This document shows positions 39,570 through 52,056 of a stretch of DNA of 64,000 nucleotides, piece after piece. The stretch is from Eledone cirrhosa (Eukaryota). Each line of letters starts with the position of its first letter. Within the stretch, counting starts at the first letter, position 1. Both the position numbers and the translations under genes were made by a program. Where the stretch lies: positions 22,568,001 through 22,632,000 of the forward strand of contig OZ024752.1 in assembly GCA_964016885.1 (NCBI GenBank). Reading direction: 5' to 3'. The notes under the pieces are model-generated. The model worked only from the letters and a program-made list of their open reading frames with translations. It searched no databases and had not been told where the DNA came from.

Positions 39570-42240
39570 AAAGAATGAATAATAACAGGTAGACATCATA
39601 AAAGGTAATTCATTCTGTGTGCTTACAAATGTTTCCACAGTGGTTATACAGCCTAGTTATGCTATGTCCAAATTTATAACTACTTGCAAAACTCAATTAT
39701 CAAATGCTGTGACCACTGTATCATCAGAGCAGAATGGTTAAAATGAAAAATGTAAATACCCTTAAGTGAGGTTATTGGGGAAGATAGAGTAGAAAAGGAA
39801 GAGAGAAAGAAGGGGAGAGAGAGAGAAAGATATGCAGGGGTTGGAGAAATGGGAGAGAGTGGTTTGTAGAATACAGATATCTTTATCAAAATGTTGTGGT
39901 AGGGTTTTATTATACTTGTTATAAGCGATGCGTTGATAATTAAGGTTGGAATTATTTATTGCCACAGAGGGCAGGTTCATAGATGTGGAGAGGGAGGGAG
40001 GTGGACTGAGGGCGAGAGAGAGAGAGAGAGGGGGGAATGGAGGGAGAGGAAGAGATAGAGATAGAGAGGGGACAGATGAAAGCTATGGGATGGGTGTACA
40101 TTGAGTTCATAGTTGTAGGCTACAAATTGCACTTAAGTATCCATTTATAGTGATAAGCAGGGTTTTGTCTTGTCATTTAGTAATTTATTTTTGGATTTTA
40201 AGATGTAAAAGAGTTCAAGGTAACATAACCTGCAGTACTTTAATCCACTCCGATATGCACTAGCGCTGGAAAGTATATCCCATTTCAAGGTGAACTGTTG
40301 GTTGCGTTCACGGAGTTGCCAGGTCTTGTTGGTGAGCGTGGTCACAAAACGGTGATTAGGATGTTTAATTGAGAATCGATGACGATACCAGCGAGATTTA
40401 AAGGAGGTAGTGGTAGACCCGATGTAATACCATTTCTGGTCGTTCGATTCGACAGTGCATTGATAAACAATGTTGGACGTTAGGCATTTATTCTTCAATG
40501 GACATCTTTCAGGTAGGTGGCAGTTACAGTTTTTATTGTGGGTAGCAAGTATACATTGCATAGGTTGAGGTTGGGATAACAGTTCAGGTGGGTTGTGTAA
40601 TACCCGTCTCCCACTAAGTGGTTGGGAGGCTGATACTACGCTATGCTCATCTGTTATTAAAATATTTTGTTTTGTAGTGTTGTTTAATTGCTTTAAGTTA
40701 AGTTTTTTTATGTATGCTTCAAGGTTTGGTGCAGTGGAGTATGATAACTTAATAGTCTTAGAGTTCAGAATTTTACTGTATTTATGGGAACTAGGGAAAT
40801 GCTTGTTGATTAACTTAAAGAATGAAAGAGATAGTTTTGTACTAATCGAAGCATTAAAAATGGGATTATACCAGATATACTTTCTACAACGTGATTTATT
40901 TGGTGATGATTTTCTATTATTAGTATGTCTGGTGGTACTGCGTGTGTGCGCTTGTATTTCTGTACCCTGGTTACGTATTCTTTGATTTCGTGTAGAGCTA
41001 TGTGTGTTATGGAGATTCTTATCAATGTATTCTATTGTATCCCGGTGGTCGGTATTCCTTAATGCATTATTATAGTATTCAGCATGTTCACTGAAAATCT
41101 CAGAGTTAGACAATAGGCGAGAGATTCTAAGAGAAATACTACGGGGAACCGATTTGATCATGGAAAGTGGGTGGTTTGAGTTAAAATTGATATAGGTAAG
41201 GTTCTCATTTATCTTGTGGAAGGGTCTATCAGTCCGGTATTTAAATTAAGAGTTTACGTCTAGAAAATTTACTACTTTAAGACTGTATTTGTACGTTGTT
41301 TTTAGACCCAGTTCACTAAAAGATTTTCTAATGTTTTTTCGTAGCCTTTCAAGATTTTGGTTATTTAAGTTATTAACTAATAGAAGCGCGTCATCTCTAT
41401 ATATTCCCCCCTGTAGATTACTAAATTTTCCATGTAGTATGTGGGCTATGTAAATTCCCACAAGATCGGTGACCTCCGCTGAGTTGTTGGAGCCCATGGT
41501 AATGTCGAAGTTTGTGGGTCTGTCCCTACGTTCCCAGTAGCAGTTATCAAACTTGGTAATAGTTTTCCTAGCCTCTAGAATAATATTATTTTCGTCCTCT
41601 GTTAGGTCGGAATTGACTTTGGTAAACGTTAGGGCCTTACGTAAAGTGCTGGGTGAGATTGAAGAGTACTATTCGTCTATGTCGAATTGTATAAACTTAG
41701 ACTTATTCTTGTTCTTAACGTTAATAAACCAGCGAATTGCTTCGCTAGTGTTGCCCCATAATTTAATTTCTATTTTCTTTTTCAATTGAGTTATTACTCT
41801 GCCAAGTATATGTTTGCTAATTTTTCCTATGTCTGATTTAGAAGGGCATATAAGTCTAATCTTAAGGTTAGAGTCAAAATTTACCTCATGGTCCTTCAGG
41901 TTAAAGGTGGGGGTTGCGGGTATAATCGTCTATCTTGAGATTCTTCACCACCTTGTATGCCTCTTTGTTAATGTTTGCTAGCGTAGTTTCACTTGTTTTT
42001 CTATATTTCTTGTGTAGTTCTTTGCGTATGAAGCTGTTGCATGTATCGATATCCATGGTATACACGTTAGAGGTCTTATCAGCTTTCACAACAATTCCAT
42101 TGGTATTTTGCAGTCTTCGGAGTAGTGCTTTCATGTTGCTCTGCAGCTCATTACTTCTATGTTTGGTAAATTTAATATTCATGGTCATATTCATTAAGTC
42201 TTGTTCGAAAGCATCGAGATGGGGTTTGTGGGTGGGTTTT
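39570..42240 (-). mobile_element. Penelope-like element (Naiad-like), RT plus GIY-YIG, frameshifted
   Basis: KADKT, FDITMGS, IYRDDAL, FLDV; CNC..CPL..C linker; NIVYQC..YYIGST; CRLC. Confidence 0.88.
39611..39736 (-). ncRNA. Type I hammerhead ribozyme fold at the PLE 3' end
   Basis: cattctgct-CTGATGA-t-acagtggt...accactgt-g-GAAA-catttg-TA-agcacacagaatg; stems I and II pair by eye. Confidence 0.65.
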
Positions 42241-42253
42241 TACATATATATAT

Positions 42254-42590
42254 GGAGGCACATGGCTTAGTGGTTAGAGCATTGGCCTTGCAATCGAAAG
42301 GTTGTGAGTTCAATTCTCAGACCGGGTGATGTGTTGTTTCCTTGAGCAAGACACTTTATTTCAGATTGCTCCAGTTTACTCAGCTGTAGAAATGAGATGA
42401 TAGGGACTGGGGTCCATATCATTCCACTGCAAAGTGGTCGTGCAGGTGCCACGGCAAAAAAGCACCCAGCACTCACTGTAAATGAGGTTGGTGTTAGGAA
42501 GGGCATCCAGCTGTAGAAATCAAGCCAGAATCAGTTCCCGTCCCACCCTTGCAAGCAGGGAAAATGCGGACGTAAAATGAAATGATGATA
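42254..42590 (+). mobile_element. tRNA-derived composite SINE with RTE-A 3' tail
   Basis: A box tggcttagtgg, B box gagttcaattc, ccttgagcaagacact body, ggaagggcatcc module, tail cccttgcaagcagggaaaatgcggacgtaaaat. Confidence 0.87.
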
Positions 42591-43499
42591 AGGTTATAGC
42601 GATGATAGTGTAATAGTTCACTATTTTCTTTGGTAAGATGAGTTAAGATACTCTGGCCGCATTGAAACGTCCGTAGCAATATATAACTAAATAATAATAA
42701 TAGTAATCCTTGGTCTTATTGAATTTATATATATTTCAGGTGTGTCAAATACATGACAATTTCTCTATTGTTGGTACCATGATAAAATAGACTCAGTAGA
42801 AAACAGTATTGTATGTAAGCGCTGTGTAAGACCATCTGAGAACTCAGCTTGAGTACTGATGCAATCTGTTGATGACCTGCCCAACTATTGTTAGCAGGTA
42901 AAATGTACCTAATACACTCTGTAAGGAGGTTTGTGTTATAAATGGCATAGAGACTATGCCACAAAGAGTTGATAGGACTATTTAGTTGTGTCAAAGGTGA
43001 TCTACATGATAAATACAACCAGTGCACTGAAATTTAAGCTTGACTGCAGGGGAAACCCCAGCCACAAACCTTCATCATTTTGATGTCCATTTTACTATCC
43101 TGGTATTGTTTGGATGAGATTTTTTGTGGGGGAAGATTTTCTACAGATGGATGATCTTCATGCCAACCCATACTTTTATTTATAGTATATACTTCTCATC
43201 TTCATCAAAATGCTACACTGCATAGGGCTCTGTCACCAATCTCTGTTGGTATTCATCCATTGTTTGTCCCCCCCCCCCATGCTTCTTCCTGCTGTTTATT
43301 TATTCTCTCTCATACCAACAATCAATATGTAGCCCCATCCCTGTGTCCTCCCCCACCACCCACCACATACTTAGCCATACATCCATGCCCGTCTTAGCCA
43401 TGACACTTCTCCCATTCTCTTGATCACTTTTGCCTTCAAAAGGTGACCCCTCTAATGTCCCCATTAGCCATCACTCACTGTCTATTATTCTTAATCATT

Positions 43500-43768
43500 A
43501 AAGTCTGTCTCGAGCTCATCAGGCCAGTGCTTATCCCGATTTCTGTGGCGTGAATCAACTGAGAGTACAAGACTACCACCTGGGCAGGACACCAGTCCAT
43601 CGCAGAGTTAAACCCCCAGCTATTGCTGATACTCATTTTCAGCTGAGTATACTGGAGCAATATGAAATGAAGTGTTTTGCTCAAGAACACAACATACAAC
43701 CCAGCCCAGTAATCGAACCCACAACATTATGACTGTAAGTCCAACACCCTTACTACTAGGCCACATGC
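43500..43768 (-). mobile_element. tRNA-derived SINE with a V-domain-like core
   Basis: Head gcatgtggcctagtagt..ggttcgatt; core ctgcgatggactggtgtcctgcccagg. Confidence 0.7.
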
Positions 43769-45026
43769 AGTCATTTTCTTAATCACACCTGCCTTAAAAC
43801 AATGCTGTCATGGCGTTAGGAATTTCATCTAGCTGTAGAAACCATACTAAAAATGGAACATATTGAGTGAGAGGTGGTCCCCCGACCCTTTGAGGAAAAC
43901 AGCATCTCCAATTAAGTATGGAAAAACAAACAGTACTGTTTGTTTTTGTCTTGTAACTCAACAGTTTGACAAAGAAGAAAGCCTTTGACATTTAGTTCAT
44001 CATAATCCCATCAGGATGCTAGAAGCACAACAGCTGTGGGGCTAAGGTGTTAAGCCACTGGTCATGTGGCTATACGCTTAAAGTATATAATAAAAGATAT
44101 GTTGTGCCCCTCTCGCTTGTTCCATTTTTTTTTCCATTTGTGGTCCGGAGAAAGACTGCTCCTATGACCTTTGTAGTTCATCTATGTCATTAAGTTTCAC
44201 ACATGAGCCCTGTTGATCTAAAACAGATTCCACTCTCTACTTCATAACTGCTGTTGTTGTTTGTTTCACCCCCAGGCCAGCCCCAATTCAACAGATATAT
44301 GATCAAAAGTGTTTCCATCCATGACCATCCCATCTTTAATTCATGTATCTATTACAATTTTATCCAGCGGAGATTTTGGCTGCCATTTCTAGCTGACTAA
44401 GTCACTATGAAGATGCTCGTTTATTGTTTTCATGGTTCACTAGTTGTTGGTATGCGAAGAAAAAAATATACGTCTTTGGTATTTGTTGCGTATTTGTAGT
44501 TACAATATCTTTGTAATATATACTTTATGTTGTTAAAGTTTTAGCTTTATGCTCTTGTTCTGATTTAGGTTATTCATTATTGTTCTCTCTCTCTATCTCC
44601 TCTCTCTCTGCCCCTCTCTCTATCTCTCTATCTTCCCTCTATATCCCAATAAATGTTATTTGAGTTAACTATCAGCTGAGTTACTAGAGTAATTGTCATA
44701 TGATGAAGAAGGATTTTGTAAGTTCTCCAATGTATTTTTAACTTTTAATTGATCAGATCCAAAGAATTTTGGAGCATAACTTGATTAAGGTTAGATAAAT
44801 ATAAATACTCTAAAATAAACAGTTTTATATCCATAAAACCAGGAGCAGTTTCAGTCAGTTTGGTATCAAAAAGTAGGTGGTTGATGAAATCATTATTGAA
44901 GATCTCTGTGTCAGATAGTGGTTCAAGAGAAAATAAATCAGGTGGATATTGTATGTAAATGGATGAAACACAGAGGTGGGGGTAAGACCCATCCAACCCA
45001 TGCATGGAAACACAGATGTAAAAAGT

Positions 45027-45243
45027 TGATGATGGTAGTGATGATGATGATGACCATGATGATGATAGTGATGATGATGATGACATGCAAAAAGATGATG
45101 ATAATGATGGTAGTGATAATGATGATGATGATGACGATAATAGTGATGATGATGATGGTGGTAGTGATGATGATAATAGTGATGATGGTGATGATGATAA
45201 TGATATGATGATGATGATGATAATAGTGGTAATGATGATGATG
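45027..45243. repeat. (GAT)n-type trinucleotide repeat extending a degenerate RTE-type tail
   Basis: Seen directly; preceded by catgcatggaaacacagatgtaaaa. Confidence 0.9.
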
Positions 45244-46129
45244 TAGACATGTTAGATATTTCATTTTATTATATTTTCTTTTACATTACATATATTTGGC
45301 TCCACAAACCTTAGCTACTCCTAAGTGACTAATAAATTATTTTCTTGAGATAAGATAATACAGTTAGAAAAATCAGAATGGCAGAAGCTCTATTATGTAT
45401 CTGATAATATGGTCACCTGGTACCAAATCGCCTAAAGCTGACCCTGGTTGAAATGCAAAGCCATCTATGTTTATAGTGTGTACATTTAAATCTAAAGTTT
45501 CCTTTTAGGGTGAAGTTGGTGTTAGGATAAGGGATAAAACAGAACTTGGTGCATTTGGCGACAGACTCAGGTTTTGTTGCCTGACAAGTTGAAGATTGCA
45601 AGCATTTGAAGTATTGTCCGTCTTCCTCACTTTCCTACTGGAGATCATTTCTCTCCACCCACCACCAGTATAACTTCCATAAACCCAGATCTGGAGATTT
45701 CTCTCCCCAATCAGTGACTTCCAGTATAACTTTCATAAAGCCAGCTCTACTGGAGTTTGTTTCTCCAAAAGATGTAACTAGATGCTGCAAAACATGTCCG
45801 AGACTTTACCGATAATACCAATGCAAATGTCTCCCACACCAGAAATATTTTATTTTTTAGATATAGTAGGATTATATTTCCAATGAAAATCCTATATACG
45901 AGTTACCTCCCATACTTATTTATATGGTTATATATTTTATATTACAATTTATGAACAATACAAATAAATGAGCTTATTCTAACTGGAATGGAATATTCTG
46001 GTTAGTTTGGCAGAGCAGTTGTGGGTCACTTGAGTGATCTGATTTAAATCAGTGTTAATCTTTGTTCTTTATATATTAATTCAAGTATGCGTTGGTTAAT
46101 TACTGATACTTCAGTATGCAGGTTAGAGC

Positions 46130-46164
<35 letters not shown>

Positions 46165-46750
46165 CTAGCAGTGGTACCCGGCGTTGCACGGGATAAGGTA
46201 TTGTGAAATATATAACCGCCTTAGCTAAGCTTATTATTACCACAACCACGGTTGGCAAAGAAGTAAGGGTGGTACGTAAGTAAGCAACACTGTGGCTTAA
46301 AACGTGAGGAAGAAGTTGTGTGCACTTACCAACTGTTTGGGGAATGAGTGTGAGATTTGTCTTGAGCAAGGGTGGCAGAATAACCAGAGGCAGCAGACAG
46401 CCAGACATACAGACAGATATTATAAGGGCGCGTTCTGGACGGAGAGGGAATTGTGGGAAGTGACGTAATGCAGACAGCCAGACATACAGACAGATATTAT
46501 AAGGGTGCGACGTTATATGTATGTATCTATCTAAAAAGAGAAAGACTAAGAATTATAGAGAGAGATCGCTAAATCGCCTAATGTGGTCCCTAGGGCATAG
46601 AAAATTAGAATTTTTTTTTGCTCAGAACACTCCCTGAAACATAAGTATTACATGTGTAAAATTTGAAAACAGTCGGTTGGGTGCGTCTCTAGTTTTAGGG
46701 ATTCAAACTCACACACACACAGACAGACATCCTCAGTTTTATATATATAT
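46165..46750 (-). mobile_element. Non-autonomous Helitron
   Basis: 3' end cccgtgcaacgccggg..ctgCTAG|T; 5' end tatataaaactgaggatgtctgtctg; lies in a TA tract; internal duplication of about 36 bp. Confidence 0.8.
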
Positions 46751-46988
46751 ATATATATTTATATAATATGTGTTAAATATTTCCATAGAAAAGGTAAAGG
46801 AAAGAAGAGTGCTCTATGTACAGAGCTATTTATAATAACACCATAATAAACAACACAATATAATTATTCCACAAGCAGGCTGAACGTTTCTGTAAGAATT
46901 GTCTAGTTTCTCGAAACCTTCGGTAATGGAATAATTATATTGTGTTTTTCATTATGTAATTAAATATATATATGTAATATGTATATAT

Positions 46989-47175
46989 AATTGTTTCTAC
47001 TTTAGGCACAAGGCCAGCAATTACCCAGTACATTACTGGTACTTTATTTTATCGACCCCGTAAGGATGAAAGGCAAAGTTAACCTCGGCGGGATTTGAAC
47101 TCAGACTGTAAAGAGACGTAACTATGCTAGAAAGCATGGCGTCCGACCCTCTACCCATACTGCCAATTCACCGCC
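46989..47175 (-). mobile_element. tRNA-derived SINE
   Basis: Head ggcggtgaattggcag..gagttcaaatcc; same family as 29232. Confidence 0.82.
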
Positions 47176-47252
47176 ATAATATGTATATATAATATATATA
47201 TATAACATATATATAATTAATATATATATAATATGACATACATATATATGAT

Positions 47253-47296
<44 letters not shown>

Positions 47297-47297
47297 T

Positions 47298-48192
47298 TTA
47301 CTTGAGGAGGGTCATATTGTTGTAATAATATTGCCAGAAATAATATCACTGTTTGGTTGGTTTTTGCTTCTGTAACTTTTATATCATTTAATTTATTCAG
47401 TTCTCAATGTTTACCATTGACTGACCAACTGTCAAAAATACAGATATAATATAGATATAAACACATATATATAGTCTAACAAAGTTCTTTCGTTGCACAT
47501 CTGCACCATCATCAGTGGTACTATTATGTTTCCTCCTGTTGTATTGTATATCTACGCTATTTTTTATTTTATCTGTTTATTTATTTATTTATTTTTGTCT
47601 TCTTCTCTGCGCATGCGTTTGCGTGTGTGTATAGTGTTTGATGTGTGTTCGCGTTTGGGTGACTGTGTTTTGGTTATTGTATTCTCTCTTAGTTTACTAG
47701 TGTGTGCTTATATGTGTTTGTTGTTATTGTGCTTGTATATATATTTATTTATTTATTTATATTTCTCTTAAGTCAGTATTGTTTGTTTGGGTGTTGTTGT
47801 TATTCCATTCATTTTTTTCTGTTTAGCTTTGGCCTTCTAAGTTCTATTTCATTGGCCTCTCTGATTTGCCTATCTGCTGGATCATTTCTATGTTTAGATA
47901 TTTTAATTTCTATGTTGTCTATGTTACCGTCATGTTGTTGTCTGGTGTATTCGTATAGTACTGAACCGTTTTTTTTTTCCTTTTAATTCCCCACAGTGTT
48001 GGTCTATTCTTTCACCTATACTACGAGCTGTCTTGCCTATGTATGTTGTTGTCATGTTTCTGCAAGTACCCTCTGTACATCTTATGCTATAGACTAGGTT
48101 TCTAGTTTTACAGTTTATCCGGGGGTTTACTTTACATATAATATATTTCTTATTAGTACAGTGGGTTTTCTTAAAAGGGTATGTTTTACTGA
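47298..48192 (-). mobile_element. PLE 3' fragment (GIY-YIG plus pseudo-LTR), same family as 54.9-57.2 kb
   Basis: Near-identical reverse complement of about 56360-57245. Confidence 0.88.
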
Positions 48193-48284
48193 TATATATA
48201 TATATATAATATATACTCTTTTACTCTTTTACCTGTTCCAGCCATTCGGCTGAGGCCATGCTGGGGCACCGCCCTTGTTGCTAC

Positions 48285-48925
48285 ACATTTTATTTCCAGC
48301 CTGTATTGGTTGGCCACTGGTGCAAGGAGTTTGTTGCTGCTGCCCTTAGATTTCCCCCGTGCCTTGCTGTGAGCTCATCCGGGATCCTAGATAGCAAGGT
48401 GTCCATATGTTTCTTGAAGACATCCACGTCCACACCATGCAGATCTCTCAGATCCCTCGGCAGCTTGTTGAAGAATTGAGGGCCCTTGAACCCCAGGCTA
48501 TTGCAATATCTGCTCCTTATTCTAGATGTGGAAGACGGGACCTTTGGCACCACACAGTGACGTCCTGTTCGAGGGTTGGTCCAGCTCCCAATGCCAAAGT
48601 TTGGTGCTAGTCCCTCCAGGATTTTCCACATGTATATCACTGCGTTTCTCTCCCGTCTTTGTTCCAAGGAGTAGAGGTTCAGTTTTAGCCTCTCCCAGTA
48701 GCTTATCTCCTTCATAGTCACAATCCTCTTGGTGTAGCTTCGTTAGTTTGCCTCAAGCTCCGTGGTTAGTTTGACACAATGGGGTGACCACAGCTGGGAG
48801 CAATAGTCCAGGCGGCTTAGGACAAATGTACTCCATAGTAGCAATATGGTCTCTCGGTCTCTTGTCCGGAAAGTCTTCAAGATCCAGCCAGCGAGTCGTC
48901 TGTACATTGTCGCCACTTTCCATTA
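48285..48925 (-). mobile_element. CR1-group LINE 3' fragment
   Basis: ISYWERLKLNLYSLEQRRER..IYMWKIL..FNKLP..FKKHMD. Confidence 0.8.
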
Positions 48926-49269
48926 AAATGTGGATAACCAAAACAAACAAAGTGTAAACAAATGATAATAACATGAAATATAAAAGGAGACAAAATAAAT
49001 TAAATTAATGAAATCCAAATAAGTTAAAAATATAGAATCACGAAAGATTTAGATAAGATATGATGATTTTAACTAGATACCGGTTTGTTTATAAATATAC
49101 TTTCAAATTAAAATAACGGGTAACGTATATATAATGTATTGTATATTTAATCCTAATAGTTATTATAATATCAATATATCAAAAACATATATATATATAT
49201 ATTTGAAAAAAGGAAAAGAATGACTTCACTTCTAGTGTTAAATAATTTGATTTAATTTTATATTATAAT

Positions 49270-50250
49270 ACGAGTTGGTAGATCCAGTAAGTTCTTCGTT
49301 AACTTCAGTTGGAAGAATTTTAAAGATTCGTGGTTAACTTTGTTGGAGAACTTTCTCTTATTCGTCTGTCTGTGGCGGTTGTCAAACTGAGATCAGGTTG
49401 TGTTGAGATGTGTGACTATATATATAAGGGAGATTTGGATGTATCTGGGGTGTGGGGTGTGGTGTTAATGAGTGTTGATGAAAATATGGAGGAATTAAAG
49501 CACACACACATACACGCATACACGCACGCGTGCACACACACACACACATACACATATATATGCACTCAGAAAATGGTGAGGTTGCAAGATAAGGGTGTTT
49601 GAGAAGGTGGTTGTAAACATCCCCTCCTGCTGGTTTTATTTCATTAGCTGACCTTTGATGAGTATATAATGGCATAGCTGAATCAACTCTCTTAAATTTA
49701 TAAAGAATATCTTCTACAATTCTATATCAGCGATGAATTTAGGTAGTGTCTGGGTTTTAATGAGGTGTAAGATACATGTCTTTTGATAAGAATGGGATGA
49801 CAGTAAAAAGAGAAAAGAAGGATAGTTTGGGAACATTTGTCAAAGATGTGTTGTTGATATTGGTTTGGGAGAGGAAGTGTGGGGGGTACATGCTAGCTCA
49901 CATTTTCACTTCCCTATATGTAAATATATTTATGAAGAATGAATAGAAGAGAGAAGGGAGGTAATAGATAGGGGATAGGTGGCTTTGAGAGAGAGAGAAA
50001 GAGAGAGAGGGTAGCCATTATGGCTTATAGCATTTCAGGAGATTTGGGTGAAATAGTCCGATACAAGTACGTATATTAGACAAGGTGAATATGTTAGGAT
50101 TTCGAAGATGTTCAGCTACCTTCGTGAACCTCGAAAAGAGAGAGGGAGGTAAGGGGATAGATGACTTCCGTAGAGACAGTCATAATAGCCAACGTGGGAA
50201 AAACAAGGGTAAAGAATAAATATGCGTTGTGAAGGCCAGCGAAATGGTAA
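49270..50250 (-). mobile_element. Possible highly decayed PLE fragments
   Basis: Only weak translated traces (SLFTVIP, DRRIRES, KVAEHL..FHPNL). Confidence 0.3.
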
Positions 50251-50403
50251 ACAACAGTAATGATAATAATAATAGTATGAGCAGAACATTTGCAATTGGG
50301 GAAGAGAGATATCTGAAATGTATGGATGAATGGATGGCTGGAATATGGTTCAGCAGTTATTTCTAGTGAATCATTTTAGCCTTTCAGAATCAAGTGTGTC
50401 TGA

Positions 50404-51829
50404 TCATCATCATCATCATCAACGTTTAACGTCCGTGTTCCACGCTTGCATGGGTTTGGACGGGGGTTTTCCCACTTGAGGCAAGAGTGATTATCTTGCT
50501 CGCATAGGACTATCTGGCGGGTTTTCTACAGCTGGATGCCCTTCCTAACACCAACCACATTTACAGTGTGGGGCTGGGAGGTTTTTACCGTGTTGCCTAC
50601 ACGGCCACATTACAGCGTGGACTGTCTGGCGGGTTTTCTACAGCTGGATGCCCTTCCTAACACCAACCACATTTACAGTGTGGGGCGGGGAGGTTTTTAC
50701 CGTGTTGCCTACACGGCCACATTACAGCGTGAACTGTGTGTTTTTTTACGTGACACCTACACGATCTCATTTGTTTCGGCCTGGATGTTGTGGCACCAAC
50801 ATAACTTTACATTGAAAGGGGCGGTGTGGATGGGGTGGGGGTGGTGGGACGGGGGTCTATTTTGTTAGAGATGCCTACTGAGTGTAGTAGGTTTTACTTT
50901 GTATTTAGGTAAGGCGGGTCTTCTCTATTACTGAGTACCGCCAAAGGTCTCGGTCCAGTGACATTGTCTTGGTGAGGTGTAAGTGTGTGAGGTCGGAATT
51001 TATCAGCTCATCCCAGGTTTTTCTGGGTCTGCCTATTCCGTGGCTACCGTCTATCTTTATTGCCCTGCACTTTGTTATACAGCTATCGTCCTTCATGCGC
51101 ATCACGTGACCATACCAACGTAGCCTTCTCTCGAGTAAACAACATCTGATCCCTCTTATTTCTAATTTTTTCCTTAGTTCGTTTATGCTTTGCCGTTCAC
51201 GTATATTACTATTACACATCCAGCGGAGCATGCAAGCTTCGTTTCTCTCTAGTCTGCGTATATCCTCTGCACACAATGCCCAGGTCTCACTGCCATGCAA
51301 CATTGCTGTTCGTATGCAGGCATCATACAACCTGCCTTTCATTTTTAGGGAGAACCCTTTAGCGGCTAATAGTGGTATAAGCTCTCTGAACTTTTTCCAT
51401 CCAGTTCTGACTCTAGCTACTGTACTTTCAGAGCACCCTCCCCCACTGCTGATTTTGTCACCCAGGTAACGGAAGCTGTCCACTATTTCTATAGAACCCT
51501 CTGCGCAGTTGAAAGAGCTAGTATTTTGTGGGCACTTGCTGCTACTTATTGCCCCAGAGCACCAGCCACATGTAAAATCTATGTTCTTAGTTAGCTTACC
51601 TGTGATCCCACTACATCTTTTATGCACCCATACTTTGCATTTTGGACATAAAATGGAGTTCCTGCCTACTCCTTTCCTAAACACTGAGCATGGCCATTTC
51701 CCAGAAGGGACCAGTGCCCTATTTTCCTTCCTACAAACTAGAACTTTAGTCTTAGACAGGTTAATTTTAAGGCCTTTTGATTCTAGGCCATGCTTCCATG
51801 TTTGGAATTTCTTCTGAGCACCGGCCACA
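50404..51829 (-). mobile_element. RTE LINE family B, young 5'-truncated copy
   Basis: ORF 50905..51828 is almost identical to the C-terminal part of 36846..39179; 112-bp tandem duplication in the 3' UTR (50507-50730). Confidence 0.94.
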
Positions 51830-52056
51830 TCTGATCTCGTGAAAAACCTCGAGATGAATGAAGAATGAATGGAAGAGAGAAAGGAGGTAATAGAGATGGG
51901 ATAGGTGGCTTTGAGAGAGAAAGAGGGTAGCCATTATGGCTTATAGCACCTCAGGAGATTTGGGTGAAATAATCCGATACAAGTACGTATATTAGACAAG
52001 GCGAATATGTTAGGATTTCGAAGATGTTCAGCTACCTTCGTGAACCTTGAAAAGAG

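Noticed and set aside
40145-41161. Selenoprotein-type Naiad ORF
   Set aside because: Some Naiads use UGA-Sec, but here the linker and GIY-YIG cysteines are ordinary Cys codons within an open frame, and I saw no SECIS.
42254-42330. tRNA gene
   Set aside because: A/B boxes are present, but it continues into a SINE body and tail and lacks a full acceptor stem. The same holds for the other SINE heads.
42740-45570. Downstream coding exons of the 31.4 kb candidate gene (AG..GT segments near 42740, 44823 and 45509)
   Set aside because: They contain stops or give no recognisable protein; such splice-like pairs arise by chance. Non-coding exons cannot be excluded.
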